DNA of 64,000 nt from Chrysomallon squamiferum (lineage: Eukaryota; Animalia; Mollusca). Positions 54,893 to 64,000 of this stretch are shown here, in pieces. Location of the stretch: NCBI GenBank assembly GCA_012295275.1, contig CM022670.1, positions 10,230,001-10,294,000 on the forward strand, in the 5' to 3' direction. Under the pieces are notes generated by a model. It was not told the origin of the DNA. It made no database searches and saw nothing but the letters and a program-made list of their open reading frames with translations. The translations under genes and the position numbers were made by a program. Numbering within the stretch: the first letter of the stretch is position 1; each line of letters begins with the position of its first letter.

Positions 54893-55262
54893 ACTACAAA
54901 TACTACTACTACTGCTGCTACTACTAATACTATCATTGCTACTACTACTACTGTTACTACCACTGCTATCACAACCACCACCACTACAACTACCACTACT
55001 GTCACCACCTCTCTAGTACTGTCACCACCATAATCACCACTAAACTACTACTACCACTACACTACAACTACAACTACACTACTACTACCACTACTACTAT
55101 TGTGCTACCACTATTACTGCTACCATATTACTACTAGTACCACTACTAGTACCACTACTAGTATTACTATTACTCCTACATCAACTACTACTACTACTAT
55201 ACTACATTTACTTCTATTGTTACTATTACTGCTGTTGCTGCTACTTAATACAACTATTACTT
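54893..55262. repeat. (ACT/ACC)n degenerate trinucleotide tract
   Basis: Direct observation. Confidence 0.9.
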
Positions 55263-56018
55263 TACTGCTCTACAGTTTGTTTAGATCTGCATACATTTTC
55301 AGAAGCTCAGTTCTATATTAGACATCTCGGGTACTATAATGTACACATAGTACCACAATAAGTGCTGTTTTTATTATTTCAAATTATTAATATTTTTACT
55401 GCTGTGCTTTGTCATGCAAATCAGTAATACAAAAAAACCAGAAGATAAATAACACAGATTCCAAGCTAAATGACAAAATAATCATAACACATAAACTGAG
55501 GACAATATTTTAACATTCCAAATATATAATTATAATATTTTATCTAATTCATATCTTTGAATGCATGTATGCATATATAAACACACATGCACACACCCCC
55601 CCCACACAAACACACACTCACACACACACCCCACACACACACACACACAAACACACACTCACACACACACACACGCATACAGACTATACACATACATATT
55701 TGATGTTTTGTACCTAAGGTGAACAGTCCCCCGGTAGCTCATTTTCAAGTATGAGTTTCCCGTATTAGCCACTCTGAGGTGGGGGTGTCATCACTCACCA
55801 GGTGTCTCACTGTCGCTGCATTTTAGGTACAAAAATTAATTACTTTATTTAAATTAATTGTGAAACATTTCTAAATACTTTGCTTGGTGAGGAATAATGC
55901 CTACAAAATTTGGATTCAAAGTATATGACACAGTGAAATGATTTAAAAATATTTATTTTTTTATTTATTTATTTATTTATTTTATAATCAAAGTTCTTTT
56001 TTATTTAATACTGTTCAT

Positions 56019-56057
<39 letters not shown>

Positions 56058-56788
56058 CTATGAATTTTCAAGCAACTGTAATAACATATAATTATAATTT
56101 ATTCATACATTTATTTTGGTATTAATAATTTTCTGCATAATTAACGTACGTTTTTACAAAGAAATAAAAAGATATAAAAAAAAAAAAAAAAAAAAAGAAT
56201 AATATATTTTTTTAAACAATTAAATAATTATCTACATACTTTTTATATATTTATAGACATCTTATTAAATTTCATATTTCTTATTCCAACTTAGGTTACA
56301 AAATTAAAAAAAAAAAATTATATTTATTATTTTAGTGATGCGCAGGTTACTTTAAAAATCTAAAATATTATCAAAATATATATTTTGGACAATGCGTTTC
56401 ATTCAGCAATTTCAAAAATACATTTAAGTATTTATCCAGTCTTATAATCTAAATACATTTCTTATGTCGTATACTGTGAATTAATTTAGAAGCGTCGGCC
56501 TAATCATAAAAATGCTAAAATAATTTGGACGCAGATTTAGACAGTTCACCAAAATAAAAGAGATCGGAATATATACAGATAAATTAATGTTTGATAAAAG
56601 AATTCTAAATGCCAATTTTAGAAAAAAAAAAATGTCCGATCTTGAACTTTGAAACACACAGTTGTGGTTAAGGCAGAGTCAGAGGAGGTCAAAGGTTAAA
56701 TTATTCTTGAACATTTGATACTTCACGAAACACTGAATGTCTATAACTAAATAAAACTGTAATAATGAACACAATAAAAGTAAATTAT

Positions 56789-57134
56789 ATACCTATCTTC
56801 TATCTTTCACACACACACACATACACACACAACACGCACACACACACACACACACAGACAAAGACAGACACACACACAGACACACACATACAGACACACA
56901 CAGACACACACACAGACATACACAGACACACACACAGACACATACACAAACACACACACAAACACGCATGCACACACACACACATCCTCTTTCTTTCTTA
57001 CATGTAATCCCTCTCTTTTTTAATAAAACAAAAACAATCAACTATTGCTGAAATAAATTAAACAATAATTAAGTAATCAAATAATTATTTAAGATATAAA
57101 TAACAAGTAGATAAATAAATAATTAAGCATGTTA

Positions 57135-57168
<34 letters not shown>

Positions 57169-57417
57169 ACACATATACACATATACAGATATATTCACAT
57201 ATAAAAATATTCCCATAAATAAATACTCATATAAACATATATACCCATGCAAAAATATACCCAAATATACATAATTATAACCACAAACAAAAATATACCA
57301 ACAAAAACATATATACATATACCCACATATATAAATATACCAATATACCAATATAACAATATACACTAATATACCCGAATGCAAAAATATAACCAGTCTT
57401 TCTTTTTTTCCTACATA

Positions 57418-57460
<43 letters not shown>

Positions 57461-57585
57461 ACACACACTCGCACACACAGACTAACACATACACACCCTT
57501 TTTCTTTTAAAAAACTGTAACAATAAAAACATGAAGGAAACTATTGCTGAAATAAATAAAATAAAAACTATTAAGTAAACAAACG
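56789..57585. repeat. (CA)n-containing degenerate tandem duplication
   Basis: The pattern ATACCT..TCTTTC(AC)n ... AACTATTGCTGAAATAAAT occurs at ~56789-57060 and again at ~57414-57560. Confidence 0.6.
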
Positions 57586-57748
57586 AACAAATTTTGAGTA
57601 AGTCAATGAATAACTGAGTAAGTAAGTAAGTAAGAAATAAATAAATAAATACTAAGCAAACAAACAAATAAATAAAATAACAAATCAATACATGCAAATG
57701 AATGAATAAATAAATAAATACTAAACAAACAAACAAATAAACAAATAA

Positions 57749-57784
<36 letters not shown>

Positions 57785-58150
57785 AAAACATAAACTTTCT
57801 TTTGCGCACACTGTTCCTCTGTTACTTTATTAGAAGCGTTTCGTGAAATATGCTTGTCGAAGAATATTAGTTTCATTTTGAAAGTTATTTGTTCAGTAAA
57901 AATTCTGACAAAACTAATAATTCTTAGTTACCTTTTTGCTATAATTATGAATTATAATAATACATATATATATATATATTTTTTTTTTTTTTTATAACTT
58001 ACTGAGATTATTTCTGATTTCAAAGATTAAACTTCTAGTTAAAACACTCTCGCCTGTCCGAACCGCAACTGTGTGTTTGTTGACTATGACGTCATAAACA
58101 GTTAATAGTTGTTTACATATCTATTTTTAGTTTTTTCTTTTTTTCTTTTT

Positions 58151-58188
<38 letters not shown>

Positions 58189-58371
58189 GTTATTATTATC
58201 ATTATTACGTTTTATTGTATTATATTATATTATATTATATTTATTTATTTATTATTCTAATTTTTAATATGAATTCTATTTTATTTTTCAATGCAGATTA
58301 TATATGAAGTACAAAATATGCAGATTATAAATAATGTATCAGTCGCTATGTTTTATTTATTAAATATCTGC

Positions 58372-59444
58372 TCAGATTGTACACAATGCCAATTTATGGG
58401 AAGGTAAACAGAAAATATCCTTTGTAGCTAAATCATGAAAAAGTAACAACGGCGAATTTCCTATCTCAGATTATACAAGAAAAAAACAAACAAAAATCCC
58501 GTTAATATAGAAATGTGTAGAGACAGTTTTCGATTAATTTCATGTCTAAGACAACAAACAGAAGACATTATTCAACTTACTTTTTTCTGCCGCTCTTGGA
58601 GACATTTTAGGAACACATCGAATTTCTTTTCTACGATTTGTCAGACATTCGCGACCTTGTTCACACTGAAAATTCATACAGCTGTCTTGTATCACCTTCA
58701 AATGTCAGAAACATTTAAATTATTTATACTCTTCCTTATTTTATTAACTAATTAATTATTTCATTCAGGTGTCTGTGCATTTTCTGGTTTTATATATATG
58801 TATATAAATTTAAGCTGGTTTTGTGCTTAATACGATGTTTTTTTCACACTAACGGGATTGTTATTCCCCCGTAAATCTTTTTGCTGTCACACTTTATTAT
58901 TAACAATGACTAAAAACAAAAATGTATTAAATATTTTGATACTATATATTTTTTTTGTATCTTTAAATTTCAATATTATCGTATCACAAGAATTGTAAAT
59001 GGCACACGCACGCACGCACGCACACACGCACGCACAAATGCACACACACACATACGCACGCACGCACACACGCACACAGCAGTGGTGTGCGGAAGTCTGG
59101 TGTTGCCCGTGGCCAGTTCCTTGACTGTACGCCCCAAAGACTCAAGTATAAGGCCTAGTACTGAGAAATATTATGAGAAAGGAAGGTATTTTGAACATGT
59201 AAACACAGATGAAACATAAAATAAAAGACTTTATTCGATTTAAATATAAATCAACCAGATTTATTAACTTCTTTTTTTCTGATTGGATGCCTCCCATCTG
59301 GATGCCCGATGCCCGGTGCCACTGACACGCACACATACACGCACACACACACACATATATGTACATATTAAATACATTAACCTCATTACTGTGTTTACAA
59401 ATATCTTCTATTGATTTTCCCTCATTAATATCAGAACCCGTGAC
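58372..59444 (-). pseudogene. Inverted, apparently disrupted paralog of the 62608 secreted-protein gene
   Basis: 59444-59382 encodes VTGSDINEGKSIEDICKHSNE|GT and is 59/63 nt identical to 62782-62844. 58695-58581 is a 115-nt exon, VIQDSCMNFQCEQGRECLTNRRKEIRCVPKMSPRAAEK|GTAAGT, the same length and phase as 63734-63848. 58427-58372 reads TKDIFCLPSHKLALCTI* versus IMDIVCVPSHRW. Homology ends abruptly at 59444, with no ATG or signal-peptide counterpart upstream in frame. Confidence 0.72.
59080..59324. mobile_element. MITE-like non-autonomous DNA transposon, copy 2
   Basis: CAGTGG...CCACTG termini. Colinear with 28476-28715 in the same orientation, and inserted in a (CA/GCAC)n microsatellite within intron 1 of the disrupted paralog. 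Confidence 0.85.
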
Positions 59445-59852
59445 CAGAGCGGGATTCAGCAATTGCAGAATGTAGCAAAAAATAGCACACGACCCTACTA
59501 CTGGCCAGTTACAAGAGTAAACGCCCCCCACCCCTCAACCCACGCCCACTATTATCATAGCTTTACATTCAACATAAACACACCTTAATGTTGGAACACA
59601 ATCAGTCAGATGTATTGACAAAAAAAAAAATAAGAAAAAAAAATAAAGAAATCTTGCCAACACTATTAAAAACCATCGTCGTTCTTTGTGCATTTTTTAT
59701 GCGGAGCAGTTTAGAAAACGAGCGCTTTCCCCGTGCTGATTGTAACCATCATACACAAATACATGCGTAGCATTATTTCAGTATTGGGAAAACATGATTG
59801 CATGTTGTGATCTCTGATGATGTTTCTACAAGTTTCACACGTCGACATAAAC

Positions 59853-59925
59853 TTTTGTTTAACGACACCCCAGCACACTGTCTAGTCAGAGGCTGTTAGG
59901 TATCAAACATAAGGTATTTGCGACA
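59853..59925. mobile_element. Degenerate interspersed-repeat (SINE-like) fragment
   Basis: TTTTGTTTAACGACACCCCAGCACA...GGCTGTTAGGTATCAAACAT shares the TTAACGACAC...CAGCAC motif with ~26015. Confidence 0.4.
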
Positions 59926-62607
59926 AAGCAACTAATGAACTAGTTGTAGCCCACTGGCTAGTGAGGAAAGAAACTTTGAGGAAAGAAACGTACCTCTACA
60001 CAAACAAACAAACAAACAAACATCAACAAAGGCTATAGACAAAATCGTGATACGCAGCATTTGGATTAAAAGAAGCCCCAAAAACCTGTAAGTGGCGGTT
60101 TACAAGAATTTTGACGTTTACAGAACTGGAGTTATGGATTAAATTAAAACGAAAATTTAATGCTCATATTTTAATTTAATTATGCTCTTATCATAACGGT
60201 CAGAAAAGGCAACATCTCCTTTGTTTAAGAGCCAATTCGAAGGCATGATGCTATGCAAGATCAATAGGGCACGGTGCGAACATTTCTACATTTTTTATTT
60301 TATAATTACAGTCTATGTTGACAAAGAGAAAACAACGACGATTTACATTTAAAAAAAAAAAAAAAAAAAAATAATATATATATCGTACTTTATTGTTAAC
60401 AAAGATATGTTAGAAGAAAAATTTATCTCCAGAGAAACAGAAATAGAAAGGCAAGATTATAGATAAAACACGAAACTGATTATTTATTATTTTTGTATTA
60501 GATAGGGTCTCCAGAGAAAAGATTAGAAAAATATATTTTAATCTCAAAACTAAAATGAAACTGAAGAGAATTAATTATTAAACGGTTTTAAACGAATTAA
60601 AGGTATTGGTAACAGCGAACTTATTCTTTCTCTTTCTTGTGCAGAGTCAAATTAGACGTACATACGACAGATAATATTCATACCTAATACACTGTTACCT
60701 ACCTAACTAAAAACAAAATACATAAATGCATAATTCAAAATATTTGCATACCTACACATAAAAACTATATATAGTTTAAATTTATTTTGGGGACTGACTC
60801 CCTCTTTGGTGTGAATAATCTGAATTATTTTAATAGATTAGATTATTAATTATCAAACATTGTATTATCTAAAACTGACGAAGAAGAAAACACATTAAAA
60901 CAATAAAAACAAAATTAAAAATATATAAAAAAACAACAAATAAATAATAAATAAATGAATAAATGAATGAATGAATGAATAAATAAATAATAATAATAAT
61001 GAAAAAAAAAATAATTTCAGAATTGCGAAAAATGCCTTTTTAAAGTTGTTATTGTTATCTATGATTTTAAACAGTGGGTATTCAAAACATACCATCATAA
61101 TTTTAAACAATCACAATACACTCTTCAATATACGACTACACATGTATAAAATGAATCACTGAATAACTAACTGTCTGAAGCGTTATTCTACTGAATAATA
61201 AAATCTGCAAGCAGAGAGAATTAATTTTGTTAAAAGAACTACAACCTGTGAATTTTTATAAATTTAATCGTTAACTATTCGCTTTAAATAAGAGATAAAA
61301 CAAAATTAAAAATTAATTGAAAAAGCGCTGAAAAACTGAGTATGTATAAAAAATGATATTCTTTATACTGATAAGACATAAAACTAATGTACATAAAATT
61401 ATACTTAAAAAGAAAAGTGTAAATAATTAATTACATTCGTATTTAAGCGACTGTACACCTAAAATGAATACAAATATTATTAAAAAAAAAAAAATTTAAA
61501 TTAAAAAAAACAAAAAAACAAAAAAAAAACAAACAATTAAATTAAACAAGTAATAAACAGAAGGTAGTTACTGACAATAACAATACTAAATATAAAATAA
61601 ATAACTAGGTTATTAAAACCAAACATAAGATTAAATAAATTGGCTACTGCGCCTCTGAAACATACTAAATAAAATGCGAGTTATTAAAAGTTCTGCCAAA
61701 GCGGCCATCACTTTTCTGAATTTGACCTGCGTATCGAGCCACAAATGAAAATCTTTGTGATCGGTGTATTTTAAAACACAACCACTGCATTCAAAAACAA
61801 CTTAAGATCTTTCTGAAATGTAACTTCTTTAGTTTTGTCACGGTTCATAGAAAGTTTCGATCTGTTACACCAGGTATAAACTAGATCAAAGCATTTGCTG
61901 AAGTGTTTCATTGTCTGACGCTAGCAGGACGATGTCATCGTGAGTAGAGTAACAGCAGTACACGCGTACCATCAAGTTCAACGACACATTCCAGTCTAGA
62001 TCATTTATACACAACGCAGATAAAGCTGGTATAAGTGTACAAGCTTGTTGGTGATAATAACCAGTCACTTTATCCATGCAGTCTACATTTTCATGCATTG
62101 CCTTGCTAGAATTGATCACATACTATAATTTTCTTTTAATTTATTTCACTCTACTCTAAAGCTACGTAGTAATTTGCACTCTGATTTCTATTATCTTTAC
62201 TCCTTAGCACTAAAGCGTTCCATTAATTATGGATAGAGATAAGACAGGGACGAAATCAAAGATAAGTTTGTTTTACTATTAGTCGAATACCATAAGTTGA
62301 TCTGTCGATAAATGCTATACTACTTTTATATTATTTTATATATATATATATATTTCTTCTTCTTCTTCTTCTTCAGAAATAAAAAAAAAAACAGCATAAA
62401 AAAAACCAACTCTCTGAGATTGGTTTAAATCTTATATTATTTAATAAAAGAACCTAATCTAAAAATTCAAATTAAATTTGAATTAATTCTGCGATATCGG
62501 AATTAAGACAGATTTTAAAGTAGGTAACTGTTCTAAATTACAAACTGCTAGTTAATCGACTGTCAGCAGTTTTATTTACTGATCTATTAGTTTAAAGATT
62601 CACCGAA

Positions 62608-64000
62608 ATGGAAGATGTTTTAAGAAAATTACTAACTGTTCTGCTGCTTGTGATGATCAACGACATGACGTCACCAGCAGAAAGGTATCATCCAGTTGGC
62701 GTGAAGATGTGCTGCATGATCTGTAAACGTGAAAATTCTTGTAGAACCACAACTTACAGTTCAAAAACTCTCGTATGTGACGTCACGGGTTCTGATCTTA
62801 ACGACGGAAAATCAATAGAAGATATTTGTAAAAACAGTAATGAGGTGAGTGTTTTTAGATATGAAAATAATGAATGTTTTAATATATCTTAACTGGCCTA
62901 GTTCTGAAGAATTCGCATAAATACATTTTGCACATTTTAAAGTTATTTTATCATTTATTTTTGGCGGCGAAGGTATCTGTAAGTATATAATTATAGATGT
63001 ATCTATCTATGTATCTGCTATATCGCGGTTTGTCTTTCTGTCTTTCTTTCTGTCTGTCTCGCTGTGTATCTGTCTATATCCACACACATACACTCTTATA
63101 ATCAAGCATAACATTAAAATAACAAGTTCGTAAGAGTAAATTCACATTTGTTTTTCTTTTGTGATGACGTTATTTTTTAATATAAATTGCTATCTAGGCA
63201 AAATAGAGGTTCCCCATATATTTATTGTGTACTTGTTTCTTCTAAAAGACGTGATCCAAAACGTATTAGCATTCTATTTCATTTTTATGGTCATACGTTA
63301 TTGTTAGCAAAATGGCTCCTGATAAATGATCAAACTATCAAAAAATATATTTAATTGCTTATTTGTATAAATACTGAATGTAATATCAACTGGTTATATT
63401 GCTTAATAAATGTATAAAAGCAGTGGAAATAAAAAAATCATCAACAACAACAACAAAACAAATTAATAAAAAAAATAAAAAATAATAGAAGATGAAAGAA
63501 ACGAAAGGGAAAACAACACTACACAGACTCACAGACACAAAAATACAACTAATAAATAAAAAACATTAAAAAAGAGAAAAAAAAAGAAACAAAAAAAGAC
63601 AACAAAACGAAACGAAACAAAAAATCCACCAAAAACACCCCCCCCCCAAAAAAAAAAAACAATTAATTCCATTTACACAAGATAACGAAGCGATATATAA
63701 AATAATTAAGAAAAATGTTATTTAAAATTTAAGCTGATACAAGACAGATGTTTGAAGACTGACTGTGTTCAGGATCGCGAATGTCTGACAGATCATAAAA
63801 AAGTAACACGATGTGTTCCTAAAATGTCTTCAAAAGTCTCGAAAATAGGTGAGTAACAATATTTCTTCACATTTCAATATCACTATCAACAACGCCTATT
63901 CTCTATAATGATAATCTTTTCTGTCGCTATGTATTATAATTTAGCAATAATGGACATCGTATGTGTACCTTCCCATAGATGGGATTCAAAGAAAAAAATG
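62608..64000 (+). CDS. Secreted Cys-rich protein (signal peptide, PAN/apple-like module, 4-Cys EGF/follistatin-N-like module), 3'-truncated by the window edge
   Basis: Exon 62608-62844 (MEDVLRKLLTVLLLVMINDMTS...CCMICKRENSCRTTTYSSKTLVC...SNE|GTGAGT). Exon 63734-63848 (LIQDRCLKTDCVQDRECLTDHKKVTRCVPKMSSKVSKI|GTGAGT). Probable exon from 63945 (AIMDIVCVPSHRWDSKKKM...). Phases are consistent, and all three exons have counterparts in the inverted copy at 58.4-59.4 kb. Domain names are inferred from Cys spacing only. Confidence 0.72.

Noticed and set aside
55798-55830. Possible 17-nt minus-strand micro-exon (atgcag|CGACAGTGAGACACCTG|GTGAGT)
   Set aside because: It has a good donor but cannot be tied to either the annexin or the disrupted paralog, so a chance match is plausible.
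46356-57811. Poly-Y/H/L/I/N/T and VCVC ORFs suggesting metal-binding or mucin-like proteins
   Set aside because: They are intronic or intergenic trinucleotide and dinucleotide microsatellites open in several frames. Only the annexin exon portions are real.

Overview
AT-rich, microsatellite-dense eukaryotic (metazoan) genomic DNA with GT-AG introns. Gene content and repeat types suggest a mollusc, probably a gastropod (inference only). By manual exon stitching I find four complete spliced genes: GPLD1 (+, 25 coding exons, ~856 aa), an FHA-less polynucleotide kinase/3'-phosphatase (PNKP-like, -, 8 exons, ~421 aa), NCOA6 (+, 5 coding exons, ~2033 aa) and an annexin (-, ~319 aa core form). There is also the 5' part of a secreted Cys-rich gene (+, runs off the right edge) with an inverted, apparently disrupted paralog ~3 kb away, and a probable first exon of an unidentified divergent gene near 6.9 kb. 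The most interesting observation is a second, frame-compatible pair of annexin 5' exons encoding a 44-aa basic extension with no acidic residue in its first 36 aa, resembling a mitochondrial presequence. Two single-base frameshifts (NCOA6, PNKP) lie in short C runs and are probably assembly errors. Most short ORFs in the supplied track are translations of simple repeats. I saw no rRNA, tRNA or CRISPR array. All coordinates were read by eye and no database searches were run.
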